DNA from: Candidatus Solibacter usitatus
Lineage (GTDB): Bacteria > Acidobacteriota > Terriglobia > Bryobacterales > Bryobacteraceae
Assembly: GCA_016213245.1 (NCBI GenBank)
Contig: JACRBC010000136.1
Coordinates: 670 to 64,669 of the forward strand
Length of the DNA stretch: 64,000 nucleotides
Direction: 5' to 3'
This document shows positions 29,633 through 39,586 of this stretch, piece after piece. Below the pieces are notes generated by a model, which did no database searches, was not told the DNA's origin, and saw nothing but the letters and a program-made list of their open reading frames with translations. The translations under genes and the position numbers were made by a program. Positions within the stretch are counted from its first letter, which is position 1; every line of letters starts with the position of its first letter.

Positions 29633-30840
29633 GACGCCGCGAGTTTTGCGCGTCCGTTGCCTCCGGCGCCTTTGGCGCGTGGCTGGCGCCGGATGAACTG
29701 ATCCGTTCGTTGGAACTGGCCACGATGTGGAGCAACCTGGATGGCCAAGGCCAGACCTGGTTCCACCCCAGAATCTGCCGCGTGCCGTCAGCCGGCGGGC
29801 AGTACCTGTTCATGACCGTGCAGGTGATCGGCGGCTCGGACTACTACGGCCCCGTCCACTGGTCCGTCTCACAGGACAACGGAAAAACCTGGTCCACTCC
29901 CGAACCCGTGCCCGGCATGGGCCGGAGGCAACTTGACAACGGGATGGAGGAGGGCCTGTGCGACACCGTGCCGGAGTATCACGCCCGCACCGGCAGTGTC
30001 TTGCTTTTGGCCCACAACGTCTACTACCGCGACGGGCGGCTGGCGCAGCCTGGGGAGGAGCGCTGGCCGGTGTATGTCACGCGCACCTCTGGCGGCCGCT
30101 TCGGCCCGCCGCGCAAGCTCGAATGGAGTCACCCCGAAGCTTCGGCGATGTACACCTCCGGCTGCTCGCAGCGCGTGACGCTGCCGGGCGGCGACATCCT
30201 GGTGCCGCTGTCGCTTGGGCCGCGCGGGCGCGCCGACCGCGGCGTTTGCACGCTACGCTGCTCGTTCGACGGCCAGACCCTGCGCGCCGCCGGGCACGGC
30301 AATACGCTCCGCCTCAGCGCCGGACGCGGCTTGCTGGAGCCCACGCTGGCTCTCCACGGCGGTCTCTTCTACATGAGCGTCCGGGCCGAGAACGGCCAGG
30401 GATTCGTGGCTCAATCGAAGGACGGGCTTCAGTGGGACGGCATGCAACCCTGGCGTTGGGATGACGGCGAGCCGCTGGCTTTGTCCTCCACCCAGCAGCG
30501 CTGGCTCACGCACAGCGAGGCACTGTTTCTGGTCTACACACGCCGGGACTCGTCCAACCTGAACGTCATGCGCTGGCGCGCGCCGCTCTACCTGGCCCGA
30601 GTCGACCCCAAGAGGATGTGCCTGATCCGCGCCTCCGAGCGGATCGCCATCCCGCTGTATGGCGACGGGCTCACACGCGGCAACGAGGTGGAGCACCTGG
30701 GCAACTTCCACACCACGGCGGTGAGCGCCGAAGAGTCGCTCATCTCCTGCGGCACGGTGATTCCGGCCAACTACCGCGGCGCCGTGCGCATGGCGCGCGT
30801 CCGCTGGGCCAGGCCCAACCGCGACGCCTCTCTAACGTGA
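29629..30840 (+). CDS. Sialidase-like (BNR/Asp-box) beta-propeller protein
   Basis: SQDNGKTWS and SKDGLQW Asp-boxes, RGLLEP; RR leader; ATGA overlap with permease. Confidence 0.75.
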   Translation: MRRREFCASVASGAFGAWLAPDELIRSLELATMWSNLDGQGQTWFHPRICRVPSAGGQYLFMTVQVIGGSDYYGPVHWSVSQDNGKTWSTPEPVPGMGRRQLDNGMEEGLCDTVPEYHARTGSVLLLAHNVYYRDGRLAQPGEERWPVYVTRTSGGRFGPPRKLEWSHPEASAMYTSGCSQRVTLPGGDILVPLSLGPRGRADRGVCTLRCSFDGQTLRAAGHGNTLRLSAGRGLLEPTLALHGGLFYMSVRAENGQGFVAQSKDGLQWDGMQPWRWDDGEPLALSSTQQRWLTHSEALFLVYTRRDSSNLNVMRWRAPLYLARVDPKRMCLIRASERIAIPLYGDGLTRGNEVEHLGNFHTTAVSAEESLISCGTVIPANYRGAVRMARVRWARPNRDASLT

Positions 30841-31965
30841 TGACACGATCGCGGCGGTCCGCAACACGATCTGGTAGAGCGGGCTGACCATCTCCATCCA
30901 CACGCGTGGCGCCACCATCGCAACCGGGATTGCGAACAGCCAGCGGCCGCTGCGCAGCGCCTGCGCGCCCAGCAACAGGAACAGCGGCGTGAAGCTGCGG
31001 GCGAAGGCGTTGGCTTCCACCCAGACGCCGCCCGTGGAGGTGAACGCCGGGACCAGCGCGAACAGGGCCAGCGCCGGCCATTCGGACTCCCGCTTCCGGA
31101 CGCACCAGGCCACCAGCGCCCAGGCGGCCGGGAAGGCCACCAGGGCCAGCAGGTCGAGGCCCGCAAGGACCTCGTTCACCGGGCGGCTGAAAGGGTACGC
31201 CGCCGGGTGAGTGAGGCGCTGCCACCAGCCTTCAAACGGCAGCGGCCCGAGGAACTCCACGCGGCTCGGTCCGTAGCGCCAGCGCGTCCACGCGCACCAA
31301 GCGGCGGCCGGGGCCATGCACCAGAGCCACCTCCAGCCGCGGTCCAGTTGCGCCAGGCACAGCAGTCCGCCGGTTTCCCGGACCGCCGGAGCCAGGCACG
31401 CGATCGCCAGCAGCGGTTTGCCGCGGCCCTCCAGGCGGTAGAGCGCCCAGCCGCAGCACAGAGCGGCCACGCCCACGTCCACGGTCATGCGCTCCAGCGC
31501 CGACAAGGTCGCGGGAAGAACCAGAAAAGCCGCACCCCACCAGGCGCTTCTGCCGGCGTTCAGCGCAAGGCGCGAGGTCCAGCAGCAGCCCAGTGCGATG
31601 GCCAGCAGAACGACGGCGATGTAGGCGTAGTCGATCCACCTGTCGCGGCCGAGCGCCAGGCACCACGCCAGCGCCGGCATCAGAATGCGCCTGTAGCGGT
31701 AGCCCGGGTCGTCGATGTGCGAATCGAACCCGCGGGCGCCCCAGGGGTCGTGGGCCATGTAGTGGTAGAACTGCCCGTCGTAGCCGGGGCTGCCATGCGT
31801 GACGGCCAGCGTCTCGCTGCGGAGCAACTCCTCCGGTGCCGCCTTCACGGCGTCGCCAGTCACAAACAGCGCCGTCCAGTTGCCCGCGTGGTTCAGCGTG
31901 ACGTTCGCCGACAGGTAGGCCAGCGCCACTCCCACGCAGGCGGCGGCGATGGCGGCCGGCTTCAC
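30832..31965 (-). CDS. Polytopic membrane protein, possibly GT-C-like glycan transferase
   Basis: GYDGQFYHYMAHDP, YRYRRILMP, VRETG, many TM segments; GTG start overlaps epimerase stop. Confidence 0.65.
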   Translation of the reverse strand: MKPAAIAAACVGVALAYLSANVTLNHAGNWTALFVTGDAVKAAPEELLRSETLAVTHGSPGYDGQFYHYMAHDPWGARGFDSHIDDPGYRYRRILMPALAWCLALGRDRWIDYAYIAVVLLAIALGCCWTSRLALNAGRSAWWGAAFLVLPATLSALERMTVDVGVAALCCGWALYRLEGRGKPLLAIACLAPAVRETGGLLCLAQLDRGWRWLWCMAPAAAWCAWTRWRYGPSRVEFLGPLPFEGWWQRLTHPAAYPFSRPVNEVLAGLDLLALVAFPAAWALVAWCVRKRESEWPALALFALVPAFTSTGGVWVEANAFARSFTPLFLLLGAQALRSGRWLFAIPVAMVAPRVWMEMVSPLYQIVLRTAAIVSSR

Positions 31966-33059
31966 GGCTTGCGGGCGCGCAGGCCCAATCCCGGGCTGCC
32001 CGGCAGCGCCAGCCGGCCCTGAACCACCTCGACCCCCTCGTAGGGGTCGTTCGAGATCAGCAGATTGCCGTCCAGATCGGCGTAGTCCACCATTGGTGAC
32101 AGGTGAGCAGCGCCGGTGATCGCCGCCGACGACGACACCATGCAGCCCAGCATCACCTTCAGGCCCAGGCTGCGCGCAAGCTGGATCATGCGCCACCCCT
32201 CCAGCAGCCCGCCGCATTTATCGATCTTCACGTTCACGCCGTCAAAGTGCGGCGCCAGGCGGGGAATGTCGGCCGGATGAAGGCAGGCTTCATCGGCGAT
32301 GATCGGGATGTGGACCCGCCTGCGGATCCAGTTCATGTCCTCCAGGTTGGCCGCCGGCAGCGGCTGTTCGATCATCTCCACGCCCATCTTCTCCAGCCAG
32401 TTGATCTTGGCCACCGCCGCCTCTTTGCTCTTGAAGCCCTCGTTGGCATCCGCCCGGATCGGCCTGCTGGTGGCCTCGCGCACGGCGCCCACCACTTCCT
32501 CGTCCGTTCCCAGGCCCACCTTCACCTTGAGCACCGGGTAGGCGGCGGCCTCCTTCACCTTCTGTTTGACCACCTCCGCCTTGTCGATGCCGATGGAGAA
32601 CGTCGTCACCGGCGCATCTGCCTTATCCAGCCCGAAGTAGCGCCACAGCGGGACCCCGAGCCTCTGCCCCACCCAGTCCAGCAGCGCGATGTCCACCGCC
32701 GCCTTGCCGGCCCAGTTTCCCTCAACCCGAGAGAACACCCCGGCCATCACCTTCTGGAAGGCCCACGGGTCGGCCGCCTCCAGCCAGGGACGGATGGACT
32801 CCACCGCCGCCGTGCAGGTCTCGGCGCTCTCCTTGTAACGGATGATCGGCGCCCCCTCGCCCACCCCGGTCACCCCGTCGCGCGTGTACTCCACGTAGAA
32901 CGTGTCCCGATAGTCGGAGGACGACATCACCGTCGTCCAGGTGTGCTTCAGCATCAGCCGCCGCGTGCGCAGCGTGATCTTCGCCGGGCCTTTGCCGGCC
33001 GGAGCGGCGGCCAGCAGCGCCGGTACTCCCAGCACGCCCGCAAATGTCCTTCTGTTCAT
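31962..33059 (-). CDS. Dipeptide (L-Ala-D/L-Glu) epimerase, enolase superfamily (YkfB/YcjG-like)
   Basis: KVKVG, DANEG, IEQP, ADE, NVKIDKCGG, GCM, DLDG. Confidence 0.9.
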   Translation of the reverse strand: MNRRTFAGVLGVPALLAAAPAGKGPAKITLRTRRLMLKHTWTTVMSSSDYRDTFYVEYTRDGVTGVGEGAPIIRYKESAETCTAAVESIRPWLEAADPWAFQKVMAGVFSRVEGNWAGKAAVDIALLDWVGQRLGVPLWRYFGLDKADAPVTTFSIGIDKAEVVKQKVKEAAAYPVLKVKVGLGTDEEVVGAVREATSRPIRADANEGFKSKEAAVAKINWLEKMGVEMIEQPLPAANLEDMNWIRRRVHIPIIADEACLHPADIPRLAPHFDGVNVKIDKCGGLLEGWRMIQLARSLGLKVMLGCMVSSSAAITGAAHLSPMVDYADLDGNLLISNDPYEGVEVVQGRLALPGSPGLGLRARKP

Positions 33060-33916
33060 TGTTTCCACCTCCGGCAGCCCACCAACAGTTTGGTCCACTT
33101 CTCATCGCCCAGCCGGCTGATCTGAATCACCGGGCTGTCGCTGGTGGTGGAGTGGATGAACTCCCCATTCCCTATGTAGAAGCCGGTGTGTGTGATCTTC
33201 TTCAACGAGGCGCCAAAATACAGCAAATCGCCGGCCTGGAGGCCACTTTTTTCGACTTTTTGCTGCCTCTCCCAATCCGCCTGCGGCTGAGCGTCCCGGG
33301 GCATCTGCACCCCGCCTCGGCGCACCAGCATCTGGGTGAAGCCCGAGCAATCGTAGCCGAACGAGGAGGCGCCGCCCCAGGTATAGGGCAGCCCCAGGAA
33401 GCGCTTCGACAACTCGATCAGCTCCGGTATCTCCTTCACTTTGGGGTCGAAGGACAGGTCGCCCCTTTGCACCCAGGCCCTGCGGCCGTCCGGGAGCCGG
33501 GCGGCGAGCCAGCGCCCGTCTTCGGCGGCGCGCTCTTCCACGATCTCCAGGCGGGCGTCGAACGGCACGGTGAGGAGCGGGCGGTGGCGGGTGACAGAAG
33601 CTTCACGATACAGGTGGGCCCGCAGGCTCTCCACTGTGGCCACGCGGCCGGAGGCGGCGTAAGTCTCGCCCTCCGGCAACTTGCGCAGCCCGGCCGATTC
33701 GGCCCAGCCGGTGTAGCTATCACCGGGGGTTTTGATCCGCAACCAGCCGTCCTGTTCTCCCAGGACCCCCACGGTCAGCCCGTAGATCGCCTGCGACACC
33801 ACGTCGGCCTCGACGGTCGGCTTGGAGTGCATGTTCAAAACGGGCGTCACCACTACGGCACTTTCCTCACTCATCGCCGCTCCCGCTGCCAGGATCATCA
33901 AAAGGATCAACCGCAT
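33056..33916 (-). CDS. SH3b + NlpC/P60 peptidase (YkfC-like gamma-D-Glu-diamino acid peptidase)
   Basis: Signal peptide, LGLPYTWGG, DCSGF, PRDA, GDLLYF, HTGFYIGNGEFIH. Confidence 0.9.
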   Translation of the reverse strand: MRLILLMILAAGAAMSEESAVVVTPVLNMHSKPTVEADVVSQAIYGLTVGVLGEQDGWLRIKTPGDSYTGWAESAGLRKLPEGETYAASGRVATVESLRAHLYREASVTRHRPLLTVPFDARLEIVEERAAEDGRWLAARLPDGRRAWVQRGDLSFDPKVKEIPELIELSKRFLGLPYTWGGASSFGYDCSGFTQMLVRRGGVQMPRDAQPQADWERQQKVEKSGLQAGDLLYFGASLKKITHTGFYIGNGEFIHSTTSDSPVIQISRLGDEKWTKLLVGCRRWKQ

Positions 33917-34046
33917 ACCTCAGCAAGTATACTCCACCGGATCTATACACCAAAAGCAGGTGGTGCTGTCAAAGTGTACAAAACCAACATCTTAATTGAT
34001 ATGCCAGATTGCGTGCCATCTCCCAAAGGTGTATCATGAAAGTTCC

Positions 34047-35105
34047 ATGATCATCTCCATGCGCAAGCACGCCAGCCGTGCCGACATCGACAGCGTCATC
34101 CAGCGTGTGCAGGACTTCGGCTACAAGATCCACACCATCGAAGGGGAGGAGAGGGTGGTGATCGGCGCCATCGGCGTGGGCGACACCAGCGCCTGCCTGG
34201 AGGCGCTGGAGGCCATGGAGTGCGTCGAGAAGGCGGTCCGGATCTCGGCGCCGTACAAGTTCGTCTCGCGCGAGTTCAAGGAGTCGCGGACCACCATTAC
34301 GGTGGCCGGCAGGATCCACATTGGCAACTCGGAGTTCGTGGTGATGGCCGGACCGTGTTCGGTGGAGAGCGAGAAGCAGATCCTGGAATCGGCTGAGCTC
34401 GCAGCCAAGGGGGGCGCGCAGGTTCTGCGCGGGGGCGCCTTCAAGCCGCGCACCTCGCCCTACGATTTCCAGGGGATGGAAGAAGAGGGGCTGAAACTGC
34501 TGGCCAAGGCGCGGGAGCAGACCGGCCTGGCGATCGTGACCGAGGTGATGTCGGACGCCGACGTGCCCCTGGTGGCCGCTTACGCGGACATCATGCAGGT
34601 GGGCGCGCGCAACATGCAGAACTTTGCGCTGCTGAAGGCGCTGGGCAAGTGCGGCAAGCCGGTGCTGCTGAAGCGCGGGCTGAGCTCGACCATCAAAGAA
34701 CTACTGATGTCGGCCGAGTACATTGTGGCCCACGGCAACAACGACGTGATGCTGTGCGAGCGCGGCATCCGGACCTTCGAAACGGCCACGCGCAATACGT
34801 GCGACATCGTGGCCTGCGCGGTGCTGCGCGAGATGACGCATCTGCCGGTGATTCTCGACCCCTCGCACGCCACCGGCAAACGGTCGCTGGTGCCGCCGCT
34901 GTGCCGCGCCGGGGTGGCGATCGGCGCCGACGGTCTCATCGTGGAGATCCACCCCAACCCGCAGAAGGCGATCTCGGACGGCGCCCAGTCCCTGGATCCG
35001 GCGCAGTGGTTTCGCATGATGAAGGACCTTCAACCCTACCTGGAGCTCTGGAAGCGTGAGCGCACGGCCGCCCGGGCCGAGACACAGCCCGCTCTCGCGG
35101 TGTAA
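34047..35105 (+). CDS. aroF: DAHP synthase, type I-beta, intact active site
   Basis: [41 protein letters not shown]; TTGCGT-N17-TATCAT promoter-like sequence just upstream. Confidence 0.95.
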   Translation: MIISMRKHASRADIDSVIQRVQDFGYKIHTIEGEERVVIGAIGVGDTSACLEALEAMECVEKAVRISAPYKFVSREFKESRTTITVAGRIHIGNSEFVVMAGPCSVESEKQILESAELAAKGGAQVLRGGAFKPRTSPYDFQGMEEEGLKLLAKAREQTGLAIVTEVMSDADVPLVAAYADIMQVGARNMQNFALLKALGKCGKPVLLKRGLSSTIKELLMSAEYIVAHGNNDVMLCERGIRTFETATRNTCDIVACAVLREMTHLPVILDPSHATGKRSLVPPLCRAGVAIGADGLIVEIHPNPQKAISDGAQSLDPAQWFRMMKDLQPYLELWKRERTAARAETQPALAV

Positions 35106-35115
35106 CCTGCCCTTC

Positions 35116-36027
35116 GTGAGACCCGTGCAACGCATCGGCGCCGCCGTGGCGGCCATCGTTCTGCCGGCCTGCGTGGCCGGCGGTGTGTGGTGGTTCGCCT
35201 TCCGCATGACCCCGGCGCGCATGGCGGCGATGCTGCCGAGGTCCGACGCGCCGGTTCTCTACCTCGACTTTGCCGCGCTGCGGGCCGCCGGCGTGCTCGA
35301 CGCCCTGGCAGGCACGGCCGGCGTGGAAGAGCCCGAGTACAGAAAGTTTGTCGAAACCACCGCCTTTGACTACCGCAAGGACCTGGACGCCGCCCTGCTG
35401 GCCTTTCGCCCGGGCGATACGCTGCTGGTGGTGAAGGGCTCCTTCGACCCCGGCCGTCTGGCGGCCTATGCGTGGTCAAACGGGGGCCGCTGCGCGGGGG
35501 AGCTGTGTTCGGTGCAGGGTTCGGCCCCCGAGCGCCAGGTCTCCTGGATCCCCATGCGGCGCGGTGCGCTGCTGGCGATGGCCGTTTCGCCGGACCCGAT
35601 GGCTGCCGCGCTGCTCAATACGGGTTCCGCTCCGCCGGCCTTCACGCCGCCCTCCTCGGCGGTGTGGCTGTACCTGCCCGGCCCGCAGCTCCGCGGCGGT
35701 GCGGCGCTGCCTCCCGGGCTCAGCGCGATGCTGTCGTCGCTGGAGGGCGCGGAGCGAGCCCTGCTGAGCGCCGGCGTAGCGCAGGACGGCTTCGAGATCC
35801 TGCTGGAGGCGCCCTGTGCCGACAACGGCAAGGCGGCTGAAATCGCCGCCCGGCTGACGCGCACCACTGAGATGTTCGTCAAGCTGCTGGCCCGCGATGG
35901 AAAGAAACCGGATCCCGCCGACCTGTCCGGACTCCTGGCCGGCGGGGTGTTTGAGGCGCGCGGCGCGGTTGCGCGCGGGCGCTGGCCGCTCTCCCGGGCG
36001 TTCCTGCCGGCTATCGCGCCTCGTTGA
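35116..36027 (+). CDS. Hypothetical membrane-anchored protein
   Basis: N-terminal TM helix, host-like codon usage, fills the gap after aroF; start uncertain. Confidence 0.65.
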   Translation: MRPVQRIGAAVAAIVLPACVAGGVWWFAFRMTPARMAAMLPRSDAPVLYLDFAALRAAGVLDALAGTAGVEEPEYRKFVETTAFDYRKDLDAALLAFRPGDTLLVVKGSFDPGRLAAYAWSNGGRCAGELCSVQGSAPERQVSWIPMRRGALLAMAVSPDPMAAALLNTGSAPPAFTPPSSAVWLYLPGPQLRGGAALPPGLSAMLSSLEGAERALLSAGVAQDGFEILLEAPCADNGKAAEIAARLTRTTEMFVKLLARDGKKPDPADLSGLLAGGVFEARGAVARGRWPLSRAFLPAIAPR

Positions 36028-37225
36028 GGAGCCGGTGGGCGACGTAGGCGCCGGTCTTGGGTGTTCCCTGGATCGAGGCGGTCTGCAGCAGGAGTTCAAA
36101 GTGCCGGACACGCCCAGATTGCTGCTCCAGTCCGAGTTTGCGGACCAGGGCGGTGAAAGCGGCGTGGTCGTCCAGGAAGGCCCAGGCAGCCTCGGCGCCG
36201 GCCATCGAGGTTCCTTCAATAATCAACACACTGCCGCTGCGGTTCAGATTGGGCAGAAAGGAGACCACTCCGTAGTGGGAATCCGAGGCGGGGCCGGCCT
36301 GATAGACGCTCTGCTCGTCGGCCTGGGGCGCCACGTTGAGGTAGGCAGGGGCGGAGGAGTGCCAGTTGGGCCGTGCGCGGAAGTTCCGCTTCTCGTCGAA
36401 CAGCCCGCTCCAGGGGTTGGAATTTCGGCTGCCGAGCAGGATGTGATTGCCGGCCTGGAACTGGCGCGCGGTGGCGTCGCGGGCGTGGCCAACCAGGATG
36501 TTGCCTCGCGGGCAGCCCTCCGATTGCAGAATCTTGGACACCACCATCACATTGGCGAGACCGACCAGGGGCCGTTGCGAGATGATGCCGAGTTCGCGCG
36601 TGCCGAGCCCGGTGAGGTGGCGCCGGGCCGCATAGCCGGCCAGGGAGAATTCGCGGCCGGAGATGTCCTGAATCAGAGAGAGGGTGGCGTCGGCCAGCAC
36701 GATGTGGGTGCGCAACGCCGGGTCGAGCAGAGAGGGCCAGACCGTCATGCCGGACAGCGGTGCGGTCTGCGTCGTGTTCGAGTCCGGCCGGCGGCTACTC
36801 CATAGCCAGACCGAAGTGAGGGTGGAAACCAGCGCGAGGGCGGCCAGAACTGCCGTCCATCCACGGCGGGGGGCCTCCTCCACGGCCTGCACGGGGGCCT
36901 CGCGCGGCGTGAACACCGGCAGATAGCTGCCTTTGGGAATGACGATGCGGACGGGTTCCCCCGCGCCTTCGCCGGAAAAGAAGCCGTCCAACTCCTTGCG
37001 CAAACGGCGGGCCTCGACGCGAACGATGTTATCGTCGCCCGTACTGTAGTCTCCACGCCGGCCATAGACACGGCGGCCGATCTCCTGCTCGTGCAGCGGC
37101 GCGGAAGAGCCGTTCAACTTGTGTTCACAGATGAAAAGCAGGAAATCGCGCAGCCGCGGGGACTTCTGGAACCGGGGGCTGTCCGCCACGCGGGCGACCA
37201 ACTCGCGACTTTTGTTGTCTGACAT
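36011..37225 (-). CDS. Membrane-anchored one-component regulator-like protein (N-terminal wHTH-like domain, single TM, extracytoplasmic domain)
   Basis: SPRLRDFLLFI...EQEIGRRVYGR...DNIVRVEARRLRKEL...IPKGSYLPVF, a domain widespread in Acidobacteriota, followed by one TM helix. Confidence 0.75.
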   Translation of the reverse strand: MSDNKSRELVARVADSPRFQKSPRLRDFLLFICEHKLNGSSAPLHEQEIGRRVYGRRGDYSTGDDNIVRVEARRLRKELDGFFSGEGAGEPVRIVIPKGSYLPVFTPREAPVQAVEEAPRRGWTAVLAALALVSTLTSVWLWSSRRPDSNTTQTAPLSGMTVWPSLLDPALRTHIVLADATLSLIQDISGREFSLAGYAARRHLTGLGTRELGIISQRPLVGLANVMVVSKILQSEGCPRGNILVGHARDATARQFQAGNHILLGSRNSNPWSGLFDEKRNFRARPNWHSSAPAYLNVAPQADEQSVYQAGPASDSHYGVVSFLPNLNRSGSVLIIEGTSMAGAEAAWAFLDDHAAFTALVRKLGLEQQSGRVRHFELLLQTASIQGTPKTGAYVAHRLLNEAR

Positions 37226-37232
37226 CAGGCGA

Positions 37233-37590
37233 AGATTCAACCTGGCGCGATTACCGTAAGTTGCACGGTGAGATCACATTGTACGCTATCGGCGGGCATA
37301 GTACTGATGACCCGTGACGGTCTTTCGACGGCGCCAGTTCCAACATCCGGACCCAGGCGCCTGCCTGCCGGTTCGGCCGCGGATGAATTGCCGGCCGAAG
37401 AAGCACGGTGCCCGGGATTCGCCAAGCGCACGGCGGATACGGCAAGTCTCTGGACTCTGAGGCGTTCACGGGCGTCGACGACGTGGCATGGGCTTCGCAG
37501 CAGGAGGCGGACTGGTGCAGATTCAAGTCCGACATCACCGTAAGCTCACCGTGATATCCCCTTCAATTTCCAGGCCGGGAAGATCATACT
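37233..37590. promoter_or_regulatory. Divergent promoter region with two copies of a composite motif
   Basis: AGATTCAA..ACCGTAAG..CAC(G/C)GTGA(G/T)ATC at 37233-37275 and 37519-37558; TTCAAT-N17-CATACT at 37562-37590. Confidence 0.45.
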
Positions 37591-37607
37591 AATGTATCCA
37601 CCCGAGG

Positions 37608-39035
37608 ATGTTTGAAAGGAGCTGTGTTCTCATGCGTAAACCGTTTATTTTCATCTGTATAAGCGTCCTGTGTGTGGCCGCACTCTCGCTGCTGGCCGGC
37701 GTCTCACTCGCTCAAGACGCCGAGGGGGAGTGGCAACTCACCTTCTCTCCCATCAGCAAGTTGCTGGATAACAACGACAGTTTCTCCCGCGACGACAGGT
37801 TCCTGGTATACGACACCAGAGAGACGTTTGGAGGCGGGATAGGCAACGGGACGATGATCATGAAGGTCTCGATTTCGACAGGGCTGGAAAACTTTGTGTA
37901 CGCGCCGTGGCCGGTGTTGATCGGCAGCCAGGCGGCGCCCGGACTCGGGGCGGCGTCCTATAGTCCAGTAGATGATGTGGTCGTTTTCATCCACGGTCCG
38001 CTGGTGAGTGAAACGGCGAAACTGGGGTTCTATGGGGGCACCAACCGGCGCGGCGGGGTGGCGCGAGCCGACGGAAGCGGCGATGTGGGATACCTGGATT
38101 GCCGCGACGTGCAATCGGAGCCGACACCGCCCGGCGCGCACCGCGGCGGCTCGCACCGACACGAGTTCAGCGCCGACGGCAGCCGGATCGGTTTTACATA
38201 TGACGACGCGCTGCTGACGCAATATGGCCGCAACATCGGCTACATGGTTTCCCACGAGAAAGCGCCCTGTGGCGTCTCATTCTATGCGGCGCTGCTGGCG
38301 CCGGTGGTTCCGGCGGCGGAATCCAAGCCCGGCGACCTCGAAAGAGCCGCCGACGATTCGTGGGTGGGGGCCAAGGGTTTGATGCGGGCGTTCATCGGGA
38401 ACGTGAAAGAGGCTGATGGCAAGGTGATGGGTTCTCTTTTCGTGGTGGACATTCCCGAGAACGTGGACATCACCACGGCCGGCTCGGGGACCAAGACGGT
38501 ATACCCGTCACCGCCCGTGGGGACCAGGGTGCGGCGGCTGACGACGACGCCGGCGGGAGGCATCGTACGCGGGTCGCTCGACGGGACCAGGATCGGGTAC
38601 TTCGCCAACGCCGCCGACGGCTCGCGCCAGGCCTTCATCATCAACGCCCAGGGTTCGGACCAGCACCAGGATCCGGCCATGCGGCCGGTGCAGGTGACGA
38701 CGTTTGAGAAGGGGGCCACTGGCGGGCTGCGCTGGCATCCGTCCGGCAATTCGATCGCGGTCATCAGCGACGGCGGCGTGGCGGCGGTGTGCGTGAAACC
38801 CGGGCCGCTGTTCGGCAAGACGGCGTGGTTGACGCCCAGGGGCGCACAGATTCCCGCGGCCGACGCGCTGGTGTGGTCGCACAACGGCAAGTTGCTGGCC
38901 TACAACCGCCGCGTGCCCACTTACAACGCCGCGGGCGCGCTGGTGAAGGACTCCGGCGGGAACGACTTCCGGCAGATCTTCCTGGTGCGGTTCCCGGACA
39001 AGGACGGCAACGGCATCGCCGACAGCGTGGAGTAG
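37608..39035 (+). CDS. DUF3748/YidR-like secreted beta-propeller protein
   Basis: Signal peptide, FSRDDRFLVYDTR, FIHGP, RGGSHRHEFSADGSRIGFTYDD, LRWHPSG; alternative start 37632. Confidence 0.78.
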   Translation: MFERSCVLMRKPFIFICISVLCVAALSLLAGVSLAQDAEGEWQLTFSPISKLLDNNDSFSRDDRFLVYDTRETFGGGIGNGTMIMKVSISTGLENFVYAPWPVLIGSQAAPGLGAASYSPVDDVVVFIHGPLVSETAKLGFYGGTNRRGGVARADGSGDVGYLDCRDVQSEPTPPGAHRGGSHRHEFSADGSRIGFTYDDALLTQYGRNIGYMVSHEKAPCGVSFYAALLAPVVPAAESKPGDLERAADDSWVGAKGLMRAFIGNVKEADGKVMGSLFVVDIPENVDITTAGSGTKTVYPSPPVGTRVRRLTTTPAGGIVRGSLDGTRIGYFANAADGSRQAFIINAQGSDQHQDPAMRPVQVTTFEKGATGGLRWHPSGNSIAVISDGGVAAVCVKPGPLFGKTAWLTPRGAQIPAADALVWSHNGKLLAYNRRVPTYNAAGALVKDSGGNDFRQIFLVRFPDKDGNGIADSVE

Positions 39036-39404
39036 CCCTCGACGATGAATGCGCAGTCGCGACTGTTGATCGGCGGCGCGGCCGCGCCGGTCCCCGGCTG
39101 GCCAGTCGTCGCGGCCGGGGTCCCGCCGATCTTGAGGGGGTGCCGGATCAGCGGCTCCGGCCATGCATTCTTCTCCGCCGGCAGCGGTGACGCGGTGGCT
39201 TGGGACGAGGACCAGCGGGCCATGCCGCATGCGGGACTTGGCTCCAGCGCTTCCTTCGATCCGGCACTGGCCGCACTGGAAGGTCCTGACGAACTGGTGC
39301 GGAAACAGGGCCTCGTCCCGCGGCCGGTCCCGTCTTTGACGCCAAGACGCCATCGGACTGGGCCGGACAGGTCACACGCCAGTGACAACAACCGGGCCAG
39401 ACCT

Positions 39405-39433
39405 TTGACTCTATTAGAGTCAGGGCCTATACT
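39405..39433 (+). promoter_or_regulatory. Sigma70-like promoter overlapped by a perfect palindrome
   Basis: TTGACT-N17-TATACT; TGACTCTA-T-TAGAGTCA at 39406-39422. Confidence 0.65.
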
Positions 39434-39496
39434 ACCCTCGACTGGCTGCGGATCGGTAGACAACGAACACCGGACTGGACATGTAAGAAAAAAAAT

Positions 39497-39576
39497 TGAA
39501 CAGCCAGGCCATAATCTAAACCGACAAGTGATAATCTGAACAGTCAGGTGAGAAGATGAGCATGCAGTTGAAAAGG
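39497..39576 (+). repeat. Four degenerate tandem 20-bp direct repeats upstream of TonB receptor
   Basis: TGAACAGCCAGGCCATAATC / TAAACCGACAAGTGATAATC / TGAACAGTCAGGTGAGAAGA / TGAGCATGCAGTTGAAAAGG. Confidence 0.6.
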
Positions 39577-39586
39577 AGATGTTGTC

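Noticed and set aside
39045-39539. 164-aa ORF between the DUF3748 gene and TonB receptor
   Set aside because: No RBS or motifs, and it runs through the AT-rich promoter; at most an unidentifiable remnant.
39497-39576. Possible mini-CRISPR
   Set aside because: Units are contiguous, degenerate and 20 bp with no spacers and no cas genes.
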